A stretch of 62,747 bases of DNA, filler included, from Choristocarpus tenellus KU-1152 (Eukaryota; Protista; Phaeophyceae), in the NCBI GenBank assembly GCA_964200185.2. It is 13 parts of 13 records of this genome, joined end to end, with 100 filler letters (N's around TTAATTAATTAA, not from the genome) between each part and the next. Parts side by side here need not be neighbours in the genome. Positions count along the whole stretch, not along the records: positions 26,306 to 30,331 come from CAXNAD020016608.1; positions 30,432 to 33,784 come from CAXNAD020020606.1; positions 33,885 to 40,904 come from CAXNAD020006845.1; 10 more parts are not named here. One strand, 5' to 3'. Position 1 is the stretch's first letter. Each line of letters opens with the position of its first letter. Under the pieces are notes generated by a model. That model was given only the letters and a program-made list of their open reading frames with translations. It made no database searches and was not told the DNA's origin. Of the stretch, positions 26,981-38,898 are shown one piece after another. Made by a program: the position numbers and the translations under genes.

Positions 26981-27039
26981 ACTTTTTTTATTTGCTAACC
27001 TGACGAAAAGCCCTGGTTGTCACCCTTGGACCCCACTTC

Positions 27040-28500
27040 TCACTGTAGACTGCGAAGAGGCTCTGCCAGGCACACTCTAGTGTCTACTGGAGGTAAACAT
27101 CAAATGCCTCCATTGTGGCCTCCACCAGCTCCTGTCATCTCCACATCTTCCTTCAGTTGCTGGATGGAATGAGAGAATCCCAGGTCGTTGGCATTGAGGT
27201 CAGATGAGTTGACTGGCTGGGTTTCTATGACAATATTGTCCCCCACCATCACAATACAAATCATTTAAGAGGGTAGGAGCTTTGCCCTGTTTGTTGGGAG
27301 CTTGGCTTCCCACAGGTTTTTTATGCCCTCTTTCGGTTTTCTGTGTGAACACAGTTACATAAAATGTTTTGACTATGAAAGGTGTGCCCGGAGCAAGGAT
27401 ATTGACACTTCCTAATGAACACGATAGTCAAAAATGGATCAAAATCACAACATTGGATTTATGACCCCAAAGGAGTACGTCCCTACCCTCTTAAATGCTT
27501 TGGGTGCAATTGCCTCCATGATTCCCCTCTTGGTGTGTGGCTGTGCTCCGTCCTGCTGAACAAAGATGGTGTGTCCTTCTGGTCTAGGCTTGGAGCAATA
27601 TTTGCTGGAGCGGTGATTGAGTGACAGTGTCCACAATTGACCAGATTCCGATTTTCCCATCGAACCACACCCTGTTGGAGAGCTTCCTAGGACGGACTAC
27701 AGCTGCAAGGAACATCGCCTTTGTAATGTAATGCTTATTCTGTGCCCGTGCGTGGGGGCTTGGGGGGATCCTCAGTGGGGTACAGGTACACACCTTACCC
27801 ATCTTTGAGGATGTGAAAAACACTTGTCGTCCACATGCACCCATTAATGTAGATCGTCCACTAATACCCCACTTCCCCCCCACCTGTGCGTGTGCTTGAT
27901 GACGAAACCCACCCTGCTGACTTTCTGCTGGTCTGAGAGGACTGATTTAATCCACCGTTTGACCTTCTTCACCTTCTTGCACTTGCACAGATCCCACAAC
28001 GAGAGAAGGGAGACCCCAGCTTTGGCTCGCCATATGTGGAAGGATGCATGGTGTACCGATGGGACATTCCAAACATTGAGGATACTTGTACGGCGGCCAC
28101 ATCGCCCCTTGCGACGTTGCACAAGGTCCATGCCTTCATGCGATCTAGCTGTCGTACTCCTTCAGATGATGGAACATGGTGTTTCAGGAAATTCTGAAGT
28201 CCTCTGCGATGGTCACTACCGTCCCCTGATGCACCTGAGTCTCGCGCTCTCTCACCTCCAGGAATCACACTACCACACTGTTCTTCATTGGGGGATTTGA
28301 GTCCTGACCCTGGACAGACTTCTGAGCCAAAGAATTGGGACCGACAGACGACAATGGGATGAGTGAGCCACTCAAATGACGGGGGTTGAACCCCGTCAAA
28401 TGCCACTTGGTCAACTTTGCACTGGTGATCCTCCACAGACATGACAACCCCCATCTCAAACTTTGCACGCCTCCCAATCTATATGAGAACTAAGTCTTGT
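27040..28500 (-). mobile_element. Decayed Tc1/mariner transposase with plant mariner-like motifs
   Basis: RAQNKHYITKAMFLAAVVRPR, WFDGKIGIW and FVQQDGAQPH, with frameshifts and a MITE insertion. Confidence 0.9.
27253..27506 (-). mobile_element. Diverged family-A MITE inside the mariner copy
   Basis: AAGAGGGTAGGAGCTTTGCCCTG...TACCCTCTTAAATGCTTTGGGTG. Confidence 0.8.
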
Positions 28501-29089
28501 CCAGATGGTTTATCACATGGGTCGTTCCCATGGAAGAACGGAGCTTGGCAAAGTTGTTTTACAATTTATTCCGAACAGAGGAAGTACGTACATATGATAC
28601 TTCAAACATATGATCCGACTCTTGGGCACACTACACCCACCTAAGGATTGAAGTAAAATTGTTACATAATTATACGTATCATAGTTTTGTAGAAGATGGG
28701 AGTCGAGGAGATTTAAGATTTGTATTTAGGCTTTACTTTTGTGATTCCATACTATACAAATTGAACGTAGGACCCACTAATATTTTGAGTATCCAATTTT
28801 CATGTTTGTTCCTTTTCCGTGAGATGACTGGAACCTACATATTAGAGTCGTAGAGCTCTAGGACGGTTCTTTCAACCACAGTTACGGTTACGGTTGGAGA
28901 AAATGTCAATTGTTGGTCTGTATCAGTACCCATTCGTTGGGAATCTACAGCGTTGGCAAACGTGGTGATATTGAAAAGCCATGTACTATAATCAGAATTA
29001 CCCAACGATACTACTATGGTGACTATGGGCGCTATTCATCTTACCGTACCCTATCGTCCTGCAGATAGCACATATCTATTGCAATGACG

Positions 29090-30298
29090 ATATTATTTTA
29101 TTATTATGCCCTCTGACATTTTGCAGATGTGTCAGGGGGAAAACTATATTATCCAGTTTTCAAGTATCCGTGACCATATCATACAACCGTACTACACTGG
29201 AATGGATTCATCATAAGCCTACCATCCAGTGGTACGCTGCCCATTAAAATACAAAAAGGAAAATCTGCAACTGTAACATATTCGTACTATATTTTAAAAT
29301 ATATTCGTTGATTATAATTTCAATAAAACTCTACATACTGAAACCTAGATGATACACAAATCAAATATAGCATGTCTACAGTTTTTTTTGGAGAGGGGGA
29401 AATATATACATACCCTATTAAAATGGTAACAATGGGTGTCAAAATATTTTGTGTTACCGTTATTATTGTTTTCATGTTAAAGGGATATGTATATGCAGCA
29501 TGCCAGATCCCCCCTCTAGAATTCAAGCTCACAGCAGATCCCTAGGGAGGGAGGAGGCCCTATCAAACAGGTGCCCAGTGGCAAGGCGCAAGAGGTAAAA
29601 TGTCGATACCAGACATGCCCGCACCTGCCCCAGGGCAGGGGGACAGGTACGACAGCACACTCCAATGGTAAAACGCCTGCACCAACTATGCAAGGGGATG
29701 GGCATCCCTTGTACTACGGAGGACAGTAGCCCTTTCACAGTGGACATGAATCTCTGCATGGATCTGGTGTTCCACGCAGGGGCACTAGCAGACACCGGAA
29801 CAACTCCCTACAGGGACAAAGGTGTTCTGCTAGACGTCACCTTTGTGGTGGAAAGTTTTGGGCTCCTCGGCAAACAAGCGGAATGCTTCCTGGATGAGCT
29901 GGCTACTCACATGGTGGCGGGGAGAGGAGCTGGAGGATATTGCAGGAACGGAGTAGTCAAATCCCAGCTACGCCAAATTGTCTCAGTGACTACGCAAGTG
30001 GCACTGTCTAGACATGTCATGCGCTTTAAACTAGAGTCACCAGGGAGATGGGCATGGAGGGGTTTGTTTGATTCTTGGGATGCCTCCCTAGCTCCTCCCC
30101 CCGGGGTGCAGGAGTATGTAGATGGGAAGCACAGGAAGGCAATAGTACAATATTGATAGTGTTGAAGTAACAGATTAGTGTTTTTCACATTTATGATATT
30201 TAATTTCTTTAGGGCTTATATTGACATATGTTTAGTTTTCATTTGTTTCCCCCCTGACTCATCCGCAAAATGTCAGAGGGCATAATAATAAAAAATAT
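29090..30298. mobile_element. ~1.2-kb TIR element (~54-bp inverted repeats) containing a CRE-like endonuclease fragment
   Basis: 29090-29144 (ATATTATTTTATTATTATGCCCTCTGACATTTTGCAGATGTGTCAGGGGGAAAAC) is the near-perfect inverse of 30245-30298. Confidence 0.85.
29560..30156 (+). pseudogene. 3' fragment of a CRE-clade non-LTR retrotransposon (zinc knuckle + restriction-like endonuclease)
   Basis: HARTCPRAGGQVRQH..V, MDLV, LLDVTF, VVESFGLLG, QIVSVTTQ. Confidence 0.75.
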
Positions 30299-30315
30299 GT
30301 ATATACTTCGAAGTA

Positions 30316-30331
30316 GGCTCAAAGTATCTGG
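30316..30331. mobile_element. Family-B MITE terminus at the contig end
   Basis: GGCTCAAAGTATCTGG running into the gap. Confidence 0.6.
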
Positions 30332-30438
30332 NNNNNNNNNNNNNNNNNNNNNNNNNNNNNNNNNNNNNNNNNNNNTTAATTAATTAANNNNNNNNNNNNN
30401 NNNNNNNNNNNNNNNNNNNNNNNNNNNNNNNGGCTCCA

Positions 30439-32823
30439 TGACAGAAATATCATCAAATATGCTGGATCTCTCACTTAGGTTATTCACTTTGTTGGTCTGA
30501 TTGGAGTGTATAAGAAGGACTGAACAAACATGTACTAGCTTTGTACGGCATCATAATGACTAAATACTAAATGAATGGCCAAGAAGTACAATATCTATAT
30601 ATATAATCCAGGACTTTCAAAGTCACAAAGAGGTTCATGAAACCGCCACTAAGACACATCGCCTGTGACATGCTGCACCCCCAGCATGAAGCATAACTGC
30701 TTCAATACGAAGAACAGGTGATTGGACAAGAATATAAAATGTAACTTCCTATCCTATCGTGAACCTAGCAGAAAATGAGTGAATGCCACTTCCAGGTTCT
30801 AACATATCCGTAGGCAGTATCGGGGATCCAGCGGAGGAGGAAACCTGAAGGAAAAACACCCTTCCAGCAACTGTCCTAACAACCGATAAGCCAGCGTGAC
30901 ACACTTGCACCTCTCACGTGGAACTCACTCTGCATTTGACTCAACGTTCAAAAGAAAACCTCCTACACCAGAGTCTCACACTCGTGTCAAAATAGGGCAC
31001 TATCATAGAAGGACTCTCCCCCCTTTCAAAACCATGAACACAAACAAATACAGACACAAGATCACATGAAACAAAGAAATAGGGTATTGCCGCAGAAAGA
31101 CTCTCCCTCCCTTAGAACAATGAACGTAACCAAAATCCGACAGAAACGTCTCACAATAACACAGAAGTAGGACAATATCACAGAAAGACTCTCCCCTTTC
31201 AAAAAAATAAACACGAATGAATAAAGATGCAAAGGTCACAATATCATTGAAAAAGGGAACTGTCATATAAAGACTCTCCCCCTTCAGAACTATTAACACA
31301 AATGAACACAAGACAATAAAATAATATCTCATGGTCGCATAGATATTGGGTACTGTCAAAAAAAGACTCTCCCCCTTAGAACTATAAACACAAAGGAATA
31401 CAGACGCCAAAGGTCACAATGACATTGAAATAGGGTATACTGTCATAGAAATAATTCTCCCCTTCATGACTATAAACACAAATAAACACTCTAAGACACA
31501 AAAATAATGTCTCAAGGTTGTCTAGAAGTTGGGTACTGTCATAGAACGAATCTCCCCTCAATGTGATCAGATCTAGTAGTGTTTTTTGGTCACTCATATC
31601 TACATGTTAGCAATCTTCCCCCCCTACTGCCATCTCCTGTATACTTCTGTTGGGGCTGCTCCCGAAGACTAGAAACATCTGAATTATCATTTTCTCTTTT
31701 TGTCCCTCTCTTGAGTTACTCAACCTGAGTATCCAGTCTCTGTACTTTCTCCTTATGCCATTTTTAGATAGACGTACATAAGGATCACAGACAAAATACA
31801 TCCTACTGTGATCCGTTAGCCACCTGTGTCTGAGTTGTGACTAAACGAGCTACTATTTACTTTTGTACCTGTAAGCAGCAATTGCAACGCAGGAGAACAC
31901 ACACAAAAAACGAGAGCACCAACTGATGACAAGAGTGAGTATGTGAATAAGGGGGAACCTACTCTACAGAGACTCGAGACACATGGAACACACGACACAA
32001 ATACTGCCAGCACTCCCATGCATAATCTCGAGGTCTTCTCCTAATTAGAGGGAGGTTCTGAGTTAGGTCATGGTCTGGGGCACAGTGACCGAATAGAAAC
32101 GGTAAGGTGCGCTGCACGCTCGGCTAGCACTAAGGTCATAAAGAGAGATCTGAAGCCGTGATGACAAGTGCAGGTCATCGATGCGAATCAGTGCAGACAG
32201 TAAGGCGACCTGCACTCTCTTGCACAGCCTCAAGGTTGTAGAAAGAGACCCTGGAATCATGATCTGGATTGCAGGCCATCGATGCGAATATGATGGGTGA
32301 ATGCCCTCACTTATGGTCGCAAGGTTCGTTCCTCGCTGGGGTGTGGTGTCTGAGCCACAGATGCAACGATTAAGGACCCTTTCCGCCCAACTTGAGAGAA
32401 GTGGAGATGGAGATGAGTCCAGGACGTCCCAAGGAGCTAGACAACTACTCCATGTGCTAAGCCGAGTATTCTCTCCGTTTTGAAGAGGTAAGGCAGGACC
32501 TCCACGTTACAAAACATTCCGCAACCTTGCTGTGATGAGATATATTGGTCCAGTCCACAAGCCTGTGGGGTGAAGACGAGGTTTGAAGTGGACACCCTGA
32601 TGGAAATATCATCAAAGATGCTGTATCTCTCTCCTCGATTATTCACTTTATTGCTTTGACTGGGGTATATAAAAAGGATTGCGATGATGGGTACTGGAAA
32701 TGAACAGCCTTACCACGATTAAAATAATAAAAATATAGTAAAGAAGTACAATCAACAATATCTAGGACTTCAGGGTCACAATGGCGTTTAGGAATCCCTC
32801 ATTGAGGCACATCGCCCATGACG
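30439..32823 (-). mobile_element. Non-autonomous LTR element, same family as 59455-61884
   Basis: 5' LTR at ~32505-32823, PBS TGGAGGTCCTGC at 32493-32504, ~88-bp repeat array at 31010-31560, then a PPT and a 3' LTR from 30670 downward. Confidence 0.8.
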
Positions 32824-34089
32824 AAGAGGTCTGTTGGTGGTGACTACGAAGAAGCATCGCACATTGGCAATATTCGGAAGTATATCTAAAAGTGCATAAT
32901 ATATGAGTGTACGAAAAACGAAAGAAAGGGCCAAGATCAGAACCCACAACAAACAAAAGGACAAAGTCGGGACTCCGACGGGAACAAGAGCACACACAAC
33001 CAGCTACACCTCCACCTTTCCAATGTATTTTTCCGGGTTTTTTCCACAGAATTCTGGCCTTTTCCACTCCTTGAATTGTCCCAACTAGCATCACTATAAT
33101 TGCACTCAATAACTTCCTCCCTGGCCACGATATGTCCACTTGGTACCTGTTTCGTCTGTCATTCTTGTTGCACTCTTGTCACGAACCAAGTGCACACAGA
33201 GAAACAGTGGACAACCATATGTAGGGTGGCCATCGACCACTGATGTACAGAATCAAATAGTGGAGGAACCCCACTGCACCGCCTGGAACACAGAAGCATT
33301 TCAGGATGCTTATACATACAAATTCAGTCAATACGTGACACACATGAGTCGACTAGGAAATTGACTTGAGTCTATTTTACGTTTTCTCATAGATCAAACA
33401 ACCCTGGCATCTCGTATAGTTTTAATTGGAAGGTGTTGCATCCTCTTCAGCCTTCGAATTCAATTTGCTATTTACCTCAACGTGCAACTGTATGTAAAAT
33501 ACTTGGAGTTAAGACATCCACAAGACCTTCTCCGGAAAAAACAAGCTTCTACTCGGAACATGCACCACTACCATGGACCACAGCACTGAATAGTGCCACA
33601 GTTGATGCTATTCAACCAGCCTCTTCACAGGGCATGTTACAACATTTATCACATTGAATTCCACCAGTGCTTCGCTTCAGTGCACTATTTCACCTCTTCG
33701 ACTTACAAGACTTAAAGCCTCTACAGAGAACACTCGATGAGAACCAACATGTCATACAATTCAAGGTTTCTACAGTCCTACTCCNNNNNNNNNNNNNNNN
33801 NNNNNNNNNNNNNNNNNNNNNNNNNNNNTTAATTAATTAANNNNNNNNNNNNNNNNNNNNNNNNNNNNNNNNNNNNNNNNNNNNATCAATGACCTCAGTT
33901 ACAACAGAATAAATACATCGGTGCTTTGCAGCACAATCACGCCTGTACATAACATAGACTATATAGACTAGATAACATAGACTACGCATGTCACTCATCG
34001 GTGCTTCACAGCACCATGATTCCTCATCGCTAGTAGTCTACGCATTTTACCTACATGTACGATGCACTCGATTCAGGTTTCAACAGACA

Positions 34090-35897
34090 ACATTTAGTTC
34101 TCACATAGGTTGGGAGGAGTGTAAAGGTTGATATGGTAGGGGCTATCATGACTGTGGAGGATCACCAGCGCAAAGTCGACCAAATCGTATTGGACAGTGC
34201 GCAAAAACCTTGTGAAACTGTCACGCTCAAAGTAATTGGGGGGGTGGGGGTCTACAGCAGGTTGTCCACGTTGGCCCTGACCAGGAGAAGTGCACTTACA
34301 TTATCCATTCGACGCATGCAACAAAATTACCCCAAAATCGCGACATGAAAAATGGAACCCGAAAGGACAGCAGCCACCTCCCTCCAGATACTTTGAGCCT
34401 CCAAGCAGGTGTATAATTGGGATGCCTAGGACGAAAGTCTACCGCCGTTCTAGCAACTCGCTCATTCCCTCCTCACTTGTTGGTCTCAATTCTACTCCCC
34501 AGAAACCTTTCCAGGGTCCAGACACAAACACCCCCCGATAATGAACATCGTGGTGGTGTGATGCCTGCAGGTGAGAGGGTGCGAGATTCGGATGCCGAGG
34601 GGAACGGCAACAGCCATTGCAGAAGACTTGAAAATTTCCCGAATCACCGTGGTCGGTCGTCTGAAGGATTACGACAGCCAGATCGCACGAGTTGAATGCA
34701 TGGATCTCTGTAGATGTCGCAAGGGGGGGATGTGGTGGCGGTACAAATATCCTTCACTCTTGGTATGTCCCATCGGTACACTGCACACCCTTCCACAAAC
34801 GGGCGACCAAAGCTGGGTTTTCCCTTTGGCTCGCTGCGGGATCTATGGAAACGTGAGGTCGAGCGGTGGATAAAGTCCGTCCTCTCAGAGTTGCAGAATT
34901 TCAACAGGGTGGGTTTCATCGGCGGCCATACGCACAGGAGTGGGAGGAGTGGGATACTAGTGGATCATCTGTATGACTGCGTCCATGTGGACGAGATTTG
35001 GTTTTACATCCCCAAAGATGAGCAAATTTCGTGTGTGCCTTCATTCCACTGACGACCCCCTCCAAACCCCCACGAGCACAGAATAAGCATTACATTACAA
35101 AGGTGATGTTCCTCGTAGGTTTGGCCTACTTTTGGAACATCTCCAACGGGGTGTGTGCGATCGAGAATCGGGATCCGGCCAATCGTGGACACCGAGGTCG
35201 CTTAAGGGTCCAGTAAACACTGCCCCACGGGCACCAAGGTGCTTGAGACAGTCACGGTGGATATGGAGGGGCATAAGAAGCTCGTGATCAAGGATGTCAT
35301 CCCGGCAATCAAGGCCCGCATGCTTGGGGAGGAAGGACACACCATCTATGTGCAGCAGGATGGAACAATGCCTCACACCAAGGGGGGGATCATAGCGACC
35401 ATGGAGGAGGCGGAAGGAGAGGACATTGTCCTAGAGACCAAGCCAGCCAAATCACCCTACATCCATGTAAACGACCTTTCCATCCAGCAACTAAAAGAAG
35501 ATGTGGGGGTGACCAACACAGAGGAGCTGGTGGAGGCCACAATGGAGGCGTTTGATGTGTACCACCAGGAGACACTAGAGCGTGTCTAGCAAGCCTCTTG
35601 GCAGTCCATGGTGAAGTGCTGGGGTCAAAGGGTGATAAAGTCTTCGAAATTCTCCATCTTGGCAAGGAAAAATCTGAGGAGGCGGGCAAGCTCCCCCCAA
35701 ATACCTCCGTGGATGCGGCGAAATACCACACGGGAATGTAATTTTGGAGGGGCTTTGGCGGTGGAATCATGGATAGGTGTAAGCTGCACGATCTTGCTTG
35801 AGATTTTGTTGGGAAACCCTGTAGTGCCTGGACAATACACCCATAAAATATGAACATGTAAACGAAATATTGCTTCTTCATTCAGGCTGCGAACTTA
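34090..35897 (+). mobile_element. Decayed mariner element, near full length
   Basis: HVDEIWFY, KHYITKVMFL, YVQQDGTMPH and PAKSPYIHVND. The 5' region is homologous to the reverse complement of 28400-28500. Confidence 0.9.
34224..34399. mobile_element. Full family-B MITE (176 bp)
   Basis: Perfect 10-bp inverted repeat GCTCAAAGTA...TACTTTGAGC with G-rich and C-rich subterminal runs. Confidence 0.8.
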
Positions 35898-37158
35898 TGT
35901 TACGGATGAGGGATTATCGCGCAAAAAGATAAAAGCCGAAACAGTTGTGAACAAATGTTGGTGTTGGTACGAGACCAATGAAGGAGCTCCTCCCAACACA
36001 ACTAACAAGACTGACTGGCAGACCTCTCTTTGGTCGTCAGGAATTGCGTATCGAAGACACGGGCTGGTTTTGAGCGATGTTTGTACTCGAAACAGCAATG
36101 GAGCCCCTGTGACCAATCGAGGGAGACCGAGCCCGTTCAAAAGTGTCATCTCACTTAGCCCAACCACGTTGCTATGAGTAGACATGGTTGCTGTTGAAAC
36201 ACTAGTAAACCCCTGAGTTACCGAGCAGGTAGTCAGCGCACCAATATTCCGCACAGCGATTTCACCTGCGATATCTTCGTGAGCTCAAGTAGGCCAAGTG
36301 GGAGATAACATCGACTCTGGGAATCCTATCTCGTTTCTCAACCGCCCTTCTAGCACACGATAGAACCGGCGTAGGAGTGCAGCGTGTGACTGTGTTGTTC
36401 TGATTATCGTTGCACAACAGTAGTAGTATGGACCGGTAGCAATATATAGATACACATATGACAAGAAGAAGGAAATGATTCCTGAGCAGCAAGGGTTCCC
36501 CCAGACTACCCCCTCCAGCCAAGCCTCAGCAATAGTATATAGAAGATCTTAGATACGGTAAGCAACTGAGCCACAAGTAGGAATAGGGCACGTAAAAGGC
36601 CCAGTAGTACAGAATAGTTGCGTACGAGTGTAGGCATCAGGAATACTGGGTAACAAGTCGAGATTCAGCACGATGAATGATGTATCCACCTTTTATTCGC
36701 TCTCTATGAGGAAGCAACGTGTGAGCAAGAGGGGGATGTGGACATGATAAACCCGTTTTTAGGCGTCAGTATGTGTTGCATCTGTCGTAGTATCTGAAGC
36801 TAGAGTGTGTACGATAATCTATCTGACTTGGCTGTCACGAGAACGCTCGACTTGCTTGCTCTCTTGGTGTGTGGCGGGGTGGTCGCTCAGCACAATGAAG
36901 GTCGAAGATCGGTTGAGGTTTTGGTTATGGAGTGTTGACATGCATGACCGCTGGAGTCTACATATACGCTTGCGGAGCTCCGTTGGTAGAGCGCGGCTCT
37001 GATAAAGCCGAGGTCCCGAGTTCGAACCTCGGCGTGAGTATCAATCGGTGAGAGTCGAGGTTTAGCTTTTTCTCTACTTTCCATGTACCAAACGAACTCT
37101 TGTCCACCGTTCGTGTACCACAAGGTCATCCTAAAGTACTTCGTTATTTCGTGTTACA
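35898..37158 (-). mobile_element. Probable 1.26-kb LTR, likely the 3' LTR of a minus-strand Gypsy-like element
   Basis: On the minus strand it reads TGTAACACG...CGTAACA, preceded by a purine-rich tract (GGAAGTGGGATGAAAGAATCTGGAGAAA). No partner LTR or TSD is seen. Confidence 0.6.
36968..37040 (+). tRNA. tRNA-Ile(GAT)-like gene or pseudo-tRNA
   Basis: 73-nt cloverleaf: acceptor GCTTGCG/CGTGAGT (3 G-U pairs), D-stem GCTC/GAGC, anticodon stem CGGCT/AGCCG with loop CTGATAA, T-stem CCGAG/CTCGG with loop TTCGAAC, and A73. It has atypical G8 and C14. A T5 run lies ~27 nt downstream. Confidence 0.8.
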
Positions 37159-37159
37159 T

Positions 37160-38460
37160 TTCTCCAGATTCTTTCATCCCACTTCCATCTCGGGACTATA
37201 CTGACCCATGATCAGAGCCACCCTACGCACTACACTGTCTTGTCATCAACAAAGAGATGTCAGCTACGCACTGCGCGACTTCCAACACTAGTAATACCGA
37301 CCGACCCCATAACTACCAGTTCAACTTTCTAATGTCACGTTCTTCATTTAAGTGTGGGGACTATCCTGACTTGTGGTGTCAGAAGCACTTTACACTGCGT
37401 TATCACATCTCACACTAATTACCGCAACGCACTGTTGCACTACAATCACAATTGTATTGGTGCCATTCGTCCCTTCGTTCTCGTGAGTTCAATTCAGTCA
37501 TTTCCCGTTCGTCACTCCGCCTCCTCCCCCAAATACAAGATCGACCTTCCTAGGCACCACTTGGCAATGTGTAGCCTTGCCCACATCGCTATCAATCCGA
37601 CGTTTTTTATGGTATGGCGACAGATTAGGCAGCACGGGCTAAGGTCAACAGTCCATAGTGCCTTGCCACACGTGGACTTTGGATAATCGAAAACAAGCCC
37701 CCATGAAAAAGAAGTATGGCATCAACGGCCTTCGGGCCCATAAATCTCACGTTGGACCATGAGGACGCTCTGCCATGCAACTGATTGTACTGCCTTCGTA
37801 TGTGCCCATGCTTCTCGTGCATAGGGTTCAGCCATCCCACCACTTACTACTTGTCGCTCTGCCACCACCCTCACGGCAATACGGCCTTGCCATGTTTCTC
37901 TTGGTCTGTCGTCATTGTGGTATGGTGACGGGTAGGATAGTACAGGTATACCGTCTGTAGTGATGGCCACGTGGGTTTGGATTATCGGCGCCAGATACTT
38001 CCCTGGAATATATAGCTGGCGTTGAGGAGGTTCATGTTCACCAATATAATCCTGCAGGAAGAGCATTCCGTTAACCTCTTGGAGGTACAAGGACACTCAC
38101 AAACTACTCTTAATTTACACAATTCAGAATGATAGTGAAAATGCACAAACTCACTAAGGAATAAACTACAAATCGTTATGATGTGTACACTCGCTAAAAT
38201 GATATCCACCCGCAGGACCAATTGGAGTGGGGGTGGTCACTAGCTGGTTCTTCGCCAAGAATGGACCCAGTTGGACATGGCAACTGCCAGCAATCCATTG
38301 AGCACAATCCTAGCGTGGGTCAAAACGGTGAGGCATTCCATACGGCAGTTGGTACAATCTGATAGGCGAAACAGGACTTGCTACGACATGTTGACACCTT
38401 TGCCTACAGCACGTCTTCATCCTTCCGTTACTTGGCCAACTTCTGTGCACACATTGTTGT
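37160..38460 (-). pseudogene. Heavily decayed Gypsy-like pol/integrase remnant
   Basis: LQEVNGMLF...RQLYIPGKYLAPIIQTH resembles the linker before the integrase zinc-binding domain. It lies next to the putative PPT and LTR. Confidence 0.35.
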
Positions 38461-38898
38461 GTTGATTCTAATAATATTCTTGTTTAGATTTTTTCTGTCA
38501 TATTCGCTGAAATTGTACACAGTAGCCTATTATATAGTACTTGTAAATTAGCGTCCGGGACGGATTGCCATGCCTACCCATCACTACTAACGTGTTCTTA
38601 ACGGTGTTTGACCTCTTTGTTTTATAATTGTATTTTTTTGCTAGAGCAAAGTAATTAGGACGTCGCTGGTCCGCTAGACACTCGCTGCTGGTAGGGTGGT
38701 GTTGAAATACACGTGTGAGGTGAAAGCTAAGGCTTGTTCCTGACACTCCCATCCACGCAATGGAATGCAGTCAACTTCTAACACAGTGCTATGGTGTATG
38801 AAAGGAGACGAACATTTGTCCACGCAAGCGCGAAATCGCACTCCAGAGTGCTAGGACCGCATGTATGTACCGGAAGGTGATCGCAGAGGCTCTCTTTC

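Noticed and set aside
33885-33960. Overlap implying contig 13 joins contig 8
   Set aside because: Several mismatches within ~80 bp indicate paralogous repeat copies.
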